From NCBI GenBank assembly GCA_036785375.1, contig JAWMAR010000182.1, forward strand, positions 1,364,001-1,428,000: a stretch of 64,000 nucleotides of DNA, given 5' to 3'. This DNA comes from Leucoraja ocellata. Taxonomy: Eukaryota. Under the pieces are notes generated by a model that was not told the DNA's origin, made no database searches, and saw nothing but the letters and a program-made list of their open reading frames with translations. The stretch's first letter is position 1, and every line of letters starts with the position of its first letter. This document shows, piece by piece, positions 51,958-64,000 of this stretch. Position numbers and translations under genes: made by a program.

Positions 51958-53329
51958 TTTTCTCCTCCTCGTGCTTTTAGTTCTCGATTCCAATTCTGGA
52001 TTGCTACTGTGGTAAGTGTAGGTGCCATTAATTTGGTGGAATCAAATTGATCAACTAGTTTTATTCAATAACACTACTGATGACTCCATCCATCATTTTA
52101 TAGACATCTGCTTGGAGGCTGACGAAGCAATATATTTATCTTATTTATTTGTGGCTGGACATTTATGGGCAATTCTCCATGCCGTTGAATAAATGTAGAC
52201 TACTATACTTAGGTCTTCAATATGAAAGCCCAGATGGTTGAACCGAACAATCTGTGATGGTAGGGATTTCACTAGGAGAGTGGAAAGGATAATGGAAGCA
52301 TTCTCTTTTGCAATTGTACTTATGTTTTGTGCTTCATTAAGATGGTGAATACGAATGCTGACAGAGCCTGCATTTCCTATTGAGAGCTTGTTTGTCTCAT
52401 TTTATATAAATGTTGAAATATGATGAGTATTTGTATTTCTAGGAAAACTAACTCTCACTAAATTCTGTTGCTGTTATGACCTTTTATAAATGAAGTGTAA
52501 GTTTATTTTGCCCATTGGTAGTTTACTATAATGTTCCCATTGGTATTGCTACACTTTATGTTAACTATCCCCCACTGTCTTGAGCAGTGGTATAACATAA
52601 GCTATTTCCATTAAATCAACCTTCAATATAGTTAATAAGTTCAGTATGTCTTTTCTTTCTGTTCTAAATTTATGCTTGTCTGTATCCGCTCAATGTAAGC
52701 TTCATATTATCCACTTCTATGGCCACTAATATTCTTTATTTTCAATTCCATCCTGCACCCCATAGTTTTCTATGTTCTTTACTCATTTGCTCCTAATCTT
52801 TGTCCTGTCTCTTTTTTTTTCTCTTTCCTTTTAACTTTACTTTCCTTTGTCATCAATGGTGCATTATGGTTTGATGATTTTCCATTACCCCCCAATGGAA
52901 TATTTCTAGTGTATGTCTGAACATTCTCTTCCTTGAGCTACTTTATCCTGCAATCAACATTACCATTTTATCTGTGAAAGATTACTTCCAAAGGCATTGA
53001 AATCAACTCTCAGCCAGTTCAGCAGTTTACTTTTAGTAATTCCATAATTATTTTAAATCGTCATCTTTTTTAAAAATGAAAATGCACCCCATACATTAAC
53101 ATCCATTCTTTCAACTAATAATCCACCCCATTCATTCCTACGATGCATCCGTATGGTATTTTCCCATGTAGTCACATCTCTTATATGTCTTCTTGTACCT
53201 GTTCCCTTCCCATCATCCATTGACCCAACTGGTCCTTCCAATTGATGCAATAATTCATTTGCACTTCTTCCGTTCTACATTCATTGTTCACAATGCTGTC
53301 TCTCCTCTGAATAAACCAAACTCATATCA

Positions 53330-53840
53330 GGTGACTGCTTTGCAGGAACTGACGCGCCCAATCTGCAATGACAACTCTGAGCTCCCTGCCACTTTAATTT
53401 TCCATCTGACTCCACCTTTAGACTATCTGTCAGGCATTCTATTAGCAATGCCAAATTCCAGACATTATAAATGCTTCATCATCAAGCACAGTTTAACAGC
53501 TTAACAGTCTACCCATTCATTTATCGTGGATTATTGTTGTGACAGGCTGATATTTGCATATGCTCACTGACAGTGACTGGGGAGGGATTATATTTGGTAT
53601 CTGATTTTTCTTTTATTGTTGTTGTCGTCTTGTTATATGTTAGAATAAGTTGTTTTTTATTTATTCTTTTCGTACACTCTGTCTGTAACAAATAGACAAC
53701 TTTGCACTTTGTTATGTCCTGAAAACTAAATTAAAAATAATTTGATTTAGAGCAATGCCAAATGTAAGTTTGAGGAAGAACACCATATCTTCAATCTGGG
53801 AATATTACAGTTTTCCAGATTCAATGTCAAATCTCCGACA
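53330..53840 (+). mobile_element. Decayed Penelope endonuclease C-terminus, interrupted
   Basis: ELPA.HFN-like traces at 53375-53400; AKCKFEEEHHIFNLGILQ at 53755-53810 resembles the 10240-10330 peptide. Confidence 0.5.
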
Positions 53841-54189
53841 TTAGCTGAACTGCTTCTCTGCCTGTACAAAAACTGTCAATTTCTGCCAATCGTCACCAAT
53901 ATTCGGTCAGTTGTCTATCTTCGCCTTTTGTTAATCTTGTCTAACTATCCACACGTTGCATGTGCATGGTGCTGCATCCACATATGTGCATCTTTCTGTT
54001 ATATCGCTGCTCATTTGTATGTTGCAAGGATGTAATGACATTTGCAAATAGGCCTCTGCATATTTAGATTGGTTCTGGGGCAGCCATGGTGAAGTGGCAA
54101 CCGAAATAGTGAAGTTTGGGAATGAATAGAGCAGGGAAAGTTTTGTATTCACTTTTTTTTAAATTTACTTGGAGGTAATTAAACTGGAT

Positions 54190-54700
54190 AGGATGTCTCT
54201 AAATTGAAAAGGGTGCAAAAACGGTTTACAAGGATGCTACTGGATCTGGATGGTTAGATGCTGTATAAGCTGTGTCCATTTTCCCAGCAGCATGGGAGGC
54301 TGAGGGGTAACCTCACAGAAGTTCAGAAGGGGCTTAGATAAGGTGGAGTCGTATAAGGATAAGTTACGTCCATTTCCCAGGGTAGGAGCATCGTAAAGTA
54401 GAGGGCATAGGTTTTTGTTGAGGTGGGGGGGGGGGGGGGGGGGGGGGGGGGTGAGAGGGAACTGAGGGGCAACATCTTCACACAGACAATTATGCATTCA
54501 TGGAATGAATGGCCTGTGGATATGGTAGAGACAGGTACAGTTACATCATTAAAAAGGCACTCAGACAGGTCGATGGATAGGAAAGGTTTGGACAGATATG
54601 GGCCAGGTGTAGAAATGTGGGACAGGTCAGTAGAGCAATTTAGTTGACATGGACAGGTCTGGCTGTTTCCATGCTGCATAGCTCTATGGCATTATGATAC
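54190..54700 (+). mobile_element. CR1 3' fragment containing a G27 tract
   Basis: LKRVQKRFTRML..., RGNIFTQTIMHSWNEWP...GYGP. Confidence 0.85.
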
Positions 54701-55054
54701 TACTTCTATCCTGTTCAGTAAAGTGAATGAAAATTGAAGTCAATGAACTGAAAATATATAGATCAATGATTTTCATGTATGATTTTCTGGAAGCACTGTG
54801 TTCAATATTCATTGTCACAGGGATGACATCCAAGGTCAAAATGAACACACCCAAGGTGAAATGTAACTAGATACTTTATATGACTGGAGATGTAAAACGT
54901 TCTATCCTAGTGTTTGCTGCCTGTGCCATACATTCATTCATACCTAATATATACCAATCACAGGTATTTGACAAAATCTTTTTTTTATTTCAACAGGATT
55001 AGAGTGGAGTTAAATTCATGGAAACATTTTAGATGAAGTTTAAATAGTATCAAG

Positions 55055-55380
55055 GTCATAGCATCATAGAGTCTTAGTGTGGAAACAGGCCCTTCAGCCC
55101 AATTTGCCCACACCAGCCAATGTGTCCCATCTACACTAGTCTCACTTGCCTGCGTTTGGCCCATATTGCTCTAAACCTGAGCTATGCATGTACCTGTCTA
55201 AAACTTGTGATAGTACCTGCCTCAACTACCTCCTCTGGCAGCTCGTTCCATACACCCACCAACCTTTGTGTGAACAAGTTACCCCTCAGGCATTAAATCT
55301 TCCCCCCACTCACCTTAAACCTGTGTCCTCTGATTCTTGATTCTCCTATTCAGGGGAAGAGACTCTGTGTGTCTACCCGA
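55055..55380 (-). mobile_element. CR1 3' fragment
   Basis: Reverse complement similar to 880-1145. Confidence 0.85.
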
Positions 55381-56071
55381 TGATAAGGTATAATGTTGAA
55401 ACATTTTTTTTAATGGTTGAAGAAATCTCGTGATTTTTTTAAACTTAAATATTCTCTCCTGATGTATCATCTTACCTGTTCAAATTATCCAAATGAATTT
55501 CACACCTCATGGCATTACTATAAACAGTGGCTGAAAATAGTATGATGGGAATCTCAAAAGGAAAAATTGCTTCAATAAGGCAGAATTTCCTCTCAATCTA
55601 CCCATACTATACATCCATGGCTTCCTTCCAGTGGCATTATGAACAAACATGAGGAGAAAAAAAGCTATCTGGCTCCATTCCCTTTAACCAGAAGACCATA
55701 AGACCAATTGTATTTTGTCATCACCATTCTGGCTTTCAGTAGCGAACTCATCAAATTCCTGGCAACACATCTTCCTAATCTATTTGCCTCACATACTCAC
55801 AAGATAAACAAAATGGACCAGTTGAGCAGATGGATTAAAAGAACAGTTTAATACATGCTTTAACCATTTAACAACGAAATTGGTTTCTTTTTACCACATA
55901 GGAAACTAAATTCCTGTGAAATTCCAACATTTTTGTCAACCCAGAACCATACAACAGTATACCCTAGTGGCCTTTGTTTCTTAATATTGTAAGACTCTAT
56001 AAAGATAACACATGTTTCTACACTGACCATTAAAATTGTGATGAGAATAGCAGCCTACTGAAAGACTAGGT

Positions 56072-56175
56072 GAAGATAGATACAAAATGCTGGGGTAACT
56101 CAGAGGCTCAGGCAGCATCTCTGGAGAAAAAGAACGGATGATGTTCCGGGTCGGGACCCTTGTTCCGATTGAAAG
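56072..56175 (-). mobile_element. Penelope-like pLTR
   Basis: Same family as 9914-10050. Confidence 0.78.
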
Positions 56176-57064
56176 TAGGGGGAAGGAACAGGAGGTAAGA
56201 AAAGGCCAGAAGACCTTGTGATATATATATATATCTTTATTTCTGATTTTAAAATGTGTATTAAAAGCTCAGATGAATGCTCAGACAATTAATTTTGAGC
56301 AAATTTGCTTGGCTCCAATTGTATTAATCAAAACATTATTTCAGGTGAATAAATCATGGTTTGATCAGTAACTTTGATTATTAATATTAGGAAGGAAGCA
56401 TGAATATACAGGATTTCCCCTTGACTGTCATTTCTAATTCTTTCCAATGCAGGATGGGAGAATGACACCTCAAAAAAACCTAAAATAATATAATATTAGG
56501 AAAAATCAACAAAGGTTGTAGCTAATAATCTTTAATTCACTCACTTATCAAGAATCTTCCTGTTTCTGCCCTTAAAATATAAAATTATGCTTCTATTTGA
56601 AGAATATTTGGTGTTAAATCTTGGAGTAGGTGATTATGACCTGTTGCAATGAATAAAATCTTGTTTAAAGAGTTTAAAGGAATTTCAGTTGGTAACTCAT
56701 TCATCAGTCCACACAAGGATGATTTAAATCGGTGTAGCATTTTACAGAATAGAGAAAAAAAAAATCGGAATCATTTTTTTAATGGATTTTTTTATTGATT
56801 TTTAAAACAGATTTTAACATGCAACAGCTTACACATTTATAGCTCTGTAAATATGGCAAACCCCGCCAATGCACCATGAGTCTACATTGAGGAGGTATAG
56901 GGGGAAAAGAGGGATAAAAAGCTTGCAGAACACAAAGAGGAAATTAGAAAAAGTGAAGTCGAAATGAAAGAATTGTGACAAGAGCAGTAAAAAATGCACA
57001 TCCAATTGATGTTAGAAAATGGAAAGTTTAGCTGGAATAATAGAATATTGAGATTTTTGTAGTG

Positions 57065-57530
57065 GGAGTATTTTGTACAGTTCTGGTCCTCCAATACAGG
57101 AAGGAAGTGGAGGCTTTCAAAGGGGTACAGAGGAGGTTTACTAGAATAATACCTGGATTAAGAGGTATTAGCAGCAGGCAGCAGTTGGACAGACTTGGAT
57201 TGCTTTCTCTGGAATGCCAGAGGATGTGGGGAGACCTGATAGAAGTATAGAGATTTATGAGCGGCATAGATAGGATAGACAGTCAGAATCTTTTTCCCAC
57301 GATGGAAAAAAAAAATAAAATGGAATAGCTTCAAGGTGAGATGGGCAAAGTTTAGCGTAGGTGATGGTTGAAACAGATACATTACGGGCATTTAAAACAT
57401 AGGTATATGGATGTGCAGAGAATGGAGGGGTATGGGTTATGTGCAGGCAGATGTGATAGTCTTGGCATCATGTTTGGCACAGATATTGAGGGCCAATGGG
57501 CCTCTCCTTGTGCTGAACTGTTCAATGTTT
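57065..57530 (+). mobile_element. CR1 3' fragment
   Basis: [15 protein letters not shown]...LDRLGLLSLECQRMWGDLIEV. Confidence 0.87.
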
Positions 57531-57659
57531 AAAATATTATCAATTAACAATAGATGTGGAAGATCGAATATTTCATTTTAGCTTATCCAATTAGGCAGAA
57601 GAATCTGCTGCCACTTATGACATCCAACATGTTTGTTAATATGCTTTCACCTTGATACT

Positions 57660-57970
57660 GGTAGAGTTATAGAGTCATAGATTCACACAGCACGGAATCA
57701 TCCCCTTGGCCCATTTCATCCATGGCAATCAAGATACCCCAGCAAAGCTAGTCACATTGGTATTCATTTTGTCCATATCCCTGAAAACCTTTCCTATCCA
57801 TGTACCTGTCCAAGTGCTGTTTTAAATGCTGTTATACCTGCCTCAACCACCTCCTCCAGTAGCTCGTTCATCATACCAACTAAAAGGTTGTCCCTCTGGT
57901 TTCTAGTCATTCTCATCCCTCTTACCTTAAACCAATGACTTCTGGAATATTGATTCCCCTACCCTGGGTA
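57660..57970 (-). mobile_element. CR1 3' fragment
   Basis: (tagagtca)n tail and CR1 3' end. Confidence 0.8.
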
Positions 57971-58046
57971 ATTAAAATCATCATCATTGCATGAAAAAAT
58001 ATTGGTGCTCTCAGTCCTACACTCAACTTTGAAGAGTTTATTCTCT

Positions 58047-58148
58047 TCAATCAGTCTGAAGAAGGGCTTTGGCCCAAAACGTTGCCAATTTCCTTCGCTC
58101 CATAGATGATGGTGCACCAGCTGAGTTTCTCCAGCACTTTTGTCTACC
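58047..58148 (+). mobile_element. Penelope-like pLTR (second subfamily)
   Basis: cagtctgaagaagggctttggcccaaaacgttgcc. Confidence 0.8.
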
Positions 58149-58724
58149 CAAGAGTTTATTCAATTTGGCTCATGTTATATTTAATCATCTTTACTACAGC
58201 TTAGAACCCTTGGAGTTTTACATTCTGAGCGGCCATTTGTTCAAGAACCCCAGTTATTTCCAGCTGGTGATGACACACTTGGATTTTCTGAAGCAATGTA
58301 ACAGAACCTTGTTGCTTGCTTTATTTAATGCTCAACTCTGGGCTCAAAATTACGCGCATGAGATTTTCCAAAATGGCAGGAGAAACTGATATTGGGGCAA
58401 CTAGTAAACTAACTAGATCAATCTGGGCATCTGTCCAAAAGAGCAATTATGCACTCCTCATTCCCCCTAAATCATGCCCCCCCCCCCCCCCCCCCCCCCA
58501 CCATGGGAGATTTGGTGCCGTGCGGACTAGAGGGGGGAGGGGTTGAGGGTGGAGGGGAGAGGGGTAATTTACAGGAGACCATGTCTGACGGAAGATTACC
58601 CTGCCTCTTATCCGTTCCTCACAAATAAATCGACAAATCAGGGCAAGGGATGGCCACTCGACCCCTCGGGCCTGTACTGTCAGCCAGTAATATTTTGGAG
58701 GCACCCTAGATCATCACATAAAGC

Positions 58725-59245
58725 AACCTCCTTCCCATTGACTCCATTTGCACCTCACGCTGCCACCAGCATAATCAAGGACAAGTCGCACCCCGGCCTC
58801 TCCCTCTTTACCCCTCGCCCCTCAGGTTATAGAAGTGTGAAAATGCGCACCTCCAGATTCAGGGACCGTTTCTTCCCAGCTGCTATCAGGCAACTGAATC
58901 ACCCTACTACCAACTTGAGAGCAGCCCTGGGATACTCATTGGAGACCCCTGTACTATTTTCAATCGGACTTTACCTTCGCTCCATAGATGCTGCCTCACC
59001 CGCTGAGTTTCTCCAGCATTTTTGTCTACCATTAACGTTTAGTGCAAGGTAAAGTCCGATTGGAAATAGTACAGGGGTCTCCAATGAGTGACGTTTCGGG
59101 TCGAGACCCTTTATTCCCTTTACTCTGTTACATCTGTGCGCTGTAACTTGCTCGATTGTGCTCATGTATTGTCTTTCCGGTGACTGGTCAGCACGAAACA
59201 AAAGCTTTTCACTGTACTTCGGTACACGTGACAATAAACTAAGCT
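58725..59245 (+). mobile_element. Rex1/Babar-type LINE 3' end, rearranged by pLTR fragments
   Basis: SIIKDKSHPGLSLFTPRPSGYRSVKMRTSRFRDRFFPAAIRQLN peptide; 3' end gtgacaataaactaa. Confidence 0.8.
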
Positions 59246-60559
59246 AGTCTCAACTTAAAATGTTGGATTCTGCTTCTGCTGCCATTTGAAGACGAGTTCC
59301 AAAGCATTAGAACAGAAAGATAACACGCCCCATTTCTGCCTTAACCGGGAGATCCTTGTTTTTTTAAGTTTTTAAATAAAGGATGCTACATGTTGCAATG
59401 AAGTCACCCGCCTCTGAACGCCAGCAGATATAACCCTAGCATGTCCAACTTTTCATTTTTAAACACGAATGTTCCAGGTACCCGCCCAGTTAACCTTCTC
59501 TGAACGGCCTCGCTTCATAAATTGAGTTTTTAACAAAATTGCACCTCAGACTACCCATTTGTTTGTTTTTGGCGTGGACGGATGAGAATCGACTTTTCAG
59601 AACTCATTAATTCCTTAGATGTGAATTGGTTCCACTTTTGAATAATATTGATAATATTGTTATATATATTATATATATTGTGATACTATTGTAGCTCGAA
59701 ATGAAGGTCTACCAACGCTACCCCCAAACGCACTTCGCTGAATTCTCATGTATAGGCTGATGGCCACACCGCATTCATTCATTCAACGCCCTTTCCTGCC
59801 ATTAGCAATTCCATATATGCCAAAGTCGTCTATCCTGATTTACATTTGCAGCCTGCCCTTTTGACTTGACGAGGAATCAAGATTGGTTACTCCTCGTGTA
59901 CCATAAATACAAGTTGGATCGACACTTTTGTTTGGTGACAAGGCCGTGTTTTCTGGGCAGACCCCATGCATCGTCCTCCGAATCTTCGACTGGGAAACCT
60001 ACTTGAAGAAAATCCCGATCAGGAAAAGAATGTCACCAATACGGAGCAAACAATAACACCCCTAACCCCTCAACATGGATGTTGTTCGAACAGTTACCCT
60101 TTTCAACCCTACCCCCACACATAAAACAAATGTTTGGATTGGAACATGATATTGAATTTCCAGCGATTCATACATAAAAATGAGAGTGAACCATTCAGTA
60201 GATTAGCAACGTTTTCCGGCCGTGGGCAGTTTGAGAATTTGCTCGGCTGCAGATATTATGCACAATAGTATTTTAGCTGCTAACCTCTGGAAAGCCCGAG
60301 AACCGGTAAAACGAAACAGCCTACGTGCAACCAAATGTGGAGCCGTCTGTATTGAAATAAACGCAAATGCACCGTGGCAGTAGCAAATGATGGGAACGTT
60401 GCATTCACCATTCATTCAACATCCTTGTTCTCGTTTGCGAGAAATCAACGTTTGCAAAACGGACACACGTGGATTTGATCCAATACATTCATTTTTGAAA
60501 CGAATCCCGTGCCAATCCCGTCTAAGAAACAGGCAGGCCGAAACCGCGTTGGAGAAAGA

Positions 60560-61362
60560 ATTTGTAAGAAAAAACTGCAGATGCTGGTTTACACCGAGGA
60601 TAGACGCAACACGCTGAGTTACTCCAGCATTCTGTGTCTTGTCTTTGGAGAAAGTACGCATTGCGTTCAATTTTTCGTGGCGACAAACTAAACGCTGCAA
60701 CATTGCAGCTCCAAGCTGTTACTCAACAAATGCAGTTAAATATTCACTCCACCCAAAAGTCTGCACCTATTTCTGTCAGCGTAACAAGTTGATACATTTG
60801 AGACGCTGTACATTGACATTTGACACTGAACACCTAAAACTACAAGTGTTGCACGCTCACACCTGTCCAATACACTTGCATTTATGAAGCCGCGTTTTAA
60901 CTTGATTTTTAAAGGTCAGATAAAAGGTGATCAATATGAAACGGTGGCTCGGTTCCACTCTCCGCCGATGCTGTCAGGTCTGCTGAACACCTCTATCCTT
61001 TATTTGGTTTGTACTTGCCTTTGTAATATGTGTAGGAAGCAACTGCAGGTGCTGGTTTACATCGAAGGTAGACACAACATGTAGGAGTAACTCAGCAGGA
61101 CGTGCAGCATCTCTGGGGAGAAGGAATGGGTGACGTTTCAGATCGAGACCTTTCTTTGTATACAAAGTGTTTAAGAAGGAACCGCAGATGCTGGAAAATC
61201 GAAGGTACACAAAAATGCTGGAGAAACTCAGCGGGTGCATCTATGGAGCGAAGGAAATTGGCAACGTTTCGGAAGAAGGGTTTCGGCCCGAAACGTTGCC
61301 TATTTCCTTCGCTCCATGGATGCTGCTGCACCCGCTGAGTTTCTCCAGTATTTTTGTGTACC
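60560..61362. mobile_element. Cluster of Penelope-like pLTR fragments (60560-60640, 61029-61150, inverted pair 61168-61362)
   Basis: ggcaacgtttcg|gaagaagggtttcggcccgaaacgttgcc fold-back junction. Confidence 0.82.
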
Positions 61363-64000
61363 TTTCTTTGTATACATGTGGCGCCTTTAAAGTCCAGAGT
61401 TGTGATCGGATTGAGTTTCGTCTTTTTCCCCCGTTTATGCCTAGCTAACGGTGAGCATGGGTCACGTAAGCAGGTCCAATACAAAGATCTCATCAAATAT
61501 GATATATGGGATAAAAAAAAACCAACCCGGCTTTAAAATGGTGCCGCGGTCAACCAATCAGCCGAACAAATAGATTAGGATTCACAATGTGAAACTTTGC
61601 AGAGTACAATGGATTATGCATTTCTTGATCCTAACTAGACACACTCGACCCCGTCTATCGGGCAGCTGCGGTCAGTTTTCATCCGAACTCAAACGCTATT
61701 CAATGGGGCTCAACCCACTTTCTGATTATTTTATTAGGAGTTTCCAGTTCTCCTTTTGTTTGGAATTTGCCTTAAAGAGCGCCGTTGTTCGCAGTGTTAC
61801 ATTAAAAATGAATTTATTGGGTCAAGTCCCTGCGATATAATTGTTGGTGGACGACGGTCAAACATGCAGCCACGAAGAAATGGCTTAAGATTTTGCGACA
61901 CTGAACGGAGGCATTTTTCCGAGATAGCTGCCAATTGAAAGCTAATGTTTGGTCTCTCCCAGAATTTAAATCCAATTTCAACAACCTCGTTGCAACCGTA
62001 CAGTCCGTTTGAATCGATTCTCGCTTCTGCTGACTGCTTGGGGCGAACGAATAATAAGTTGCTTCAAACCCACCAACATTTTGTTATAAGGTTATTCAAC
62101 AAGCCAGGCACGGTTTCATTTTTTGAAGCGAATGCAATGTTTTCAAATCCTAACATTGAAATAGACTGCGTGAGTAATTAAAACGAAGTTCCAATGTTTA
62201 TACCACAGCGCTCAAGGATTGCATGTAGAACAGCACATCTGTGAGATAACCTTTACGATGGGAACAAAGCATGATATTTCTGTATTTGCATTCGGCTCGT
62301 TGTGTTCAAAGGAGTTGCGTTAACAAGCGCAATTAATTACGGCGCGCATCTGGTTTGCAGTTTATTTCAATAGAAAGAATGTGTATTTTGTTGAAAGCAG
62401 CCCGTAGATTGGAATTAAATTTACAGCGCTTATCCACTAGATGTGAGGAATTAGCACCAATTAATTTAGTTTGTGATTTAGCATCGTTCCAATGATGCAC
62501 TGTTCGCAAGGTAGAGACCATGAAAATAAATGACCTAACAGGCTAACTTCAAATAAACATCTCCGGAGGAGCCCTGAAGAGTGAAAGGATGGTGTTTGCT
62601 AAGAGCCAGGGGCAAGGAAGTAAACATCTGGAACAGAGACTGGCTTAGAGCGTGGTCAGTGTCCAATATCCCACACCATCAAGCAAGATAACAAAATCCA
62701 CCCTCCAACGTGCCCTGAAAACTTCACCAATCGTTGCCGATGTATTTAGCATTACTTTTCCCCCCCATCAGCATAACATATTTGGACGTGGCAGGTTTGA
62801 TTCCATCAGACCGCAGAAAATCCATACACGTTAGCGACGTAATATAAAAACAAAGGTTCAACATGTACTCGAATTAAGAAGGACCAGCAACGATAGAAGG
62901 TTGATGCGGGTGCGAATGTGATTTAAAATATCGTTTTTCAATCCAGCATCTACAATGACGATTATAAATATTTTAGGAATGGATGTTGGGCCAGCAGAGG
63001 CATATTCATATCTTAGATTTATGTAATTTATGTGAAGCAATATGTTATAATGTATTTGTCTCCTTATGTATTATTTCTCTTGGCCAAACCGTGCATAACA
63101 GGCAGGTGAATCCGAACACAGACCAACATAATACACCCGCCCTCTCCCCCAATTCTCACCTCTCTGGTAAACATTTAAGATGACGCTGGTTTGGCAGCCT
63201 ACCTGTTGCTCCTGTGATCACCTTCCCCTCTGCACACGAAAAGCACGGAGAATCAAGCTTGCATTGGTCACAGGGTTGAACAGAACGACACTGGTACGAT
63301 ATCGGTGGGAATTATTAAATCAAGACATGCTGCACTATCCCCATACGAGGTGCGACCAGGTCAGGAGAAATTACACCATGACATTAGCGTCCGCTTACCG
63401 ACTTTGTTTTCCAATTGCAAGATGACGTTTGCGGATATCAGCTCCGGGGGCGACGTATGCGAAGAGTTACCAGAGAGTGAATCCGCTCATCTTCAACGAG
63501 GAAGACAATGATGGAGCTTCATCGTAGCCAGTTCGATTCTCCAATCTCGTAGATGCGCCCACTCGTCCAACAAAACAATGTTGATCAAAACATCCAAGTA
63601 ATCTACCTCGGGACGTTTCTGCTTACATACTAGTCTATGATATTGGAGTGCGGGGCAGCTGGATTCTGGAGGAAGCTGAAGTCTGCAACACTCTGGCAGC
63701 TCTCCACATCCCCACCCCCAAACCCTTCTCTGACAGTATACGAATTAGAACTCTCTCAATTACTCCACACAGTTTGGATGGGTGTCAAACGCGATAACAA
63801 CGGGCAAAATGAACACAGCAAACGGCTGCTCGCCGTAGCTTTCCGTGGGTTGAAGGGATATCGCGAAGCGGTGTCAGAAGAACTGCTTGAAGCGAATCAC
63901 TTTGGTGCAAAGTTCCCAATGTGGCAGAATCCGTTCTCCCTTGGTTAGCGATCTTCAACAAATTTCCCGATGAACAGGAAGAATCCCGCTTGGAGCATTT

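Noticed and set aside
63399-63618. Exon-like segment on the minus strand (cag| ... |gtaagc)
   Set aside because: The frame I translated hits a stop, the peptide has no recognisable homology and there are no partner exons; it could only be a lncRNA exon and cannot be supported without RNA data

Overview
Eukaryotic (vertebrate) genomic DNA, almost certainly a cartilaginous fish and probably a skate or ray, judged from the HE1/V-SINE, CR1 and Penelope repeat families and the Tbx5 protein. The window holds one protein-coding gene, tbx5, on the minus strand. I resolved eight coding exons (32276 to 19028; 1566 nt, 521 aa plus stop). Their splice phases are continuous, and the T-box exon sizes (95, 120, 148, 153, 92 nt) match the vertebrate TBX5 structure as I know it. 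The intron after the 120-nt exon has a non-canonical GC donor, and the last exon has a NAGNAG tandem acceptor. The 5' half of the gene and about 13 kb upstream (about 23-45.6 kb) form a CpG-retaining, repeat-poor domain containing a 185-N gap. The flanks are rich in CR1 LINE fragments (one young copy with an intact 464-codon RT frame), V-SINEs, Rex/Babar and L2-like remnants, and two PIF/Harbinger MITEs. The most striking non-genic signal is a short repeat present roughly 25 times. It is the 3' pseudo-LTR of Penelope-like retroelements, it is often arranged as inverted pairs, and it carries a minimal hammerhead-ribozyme core (CUGAAGA-A-stem II-GAAACGUC/U). Most ORFs in the supplied track are spurious or repeat-derived. 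Repeat boundaries are approximate, and no database searches were run.
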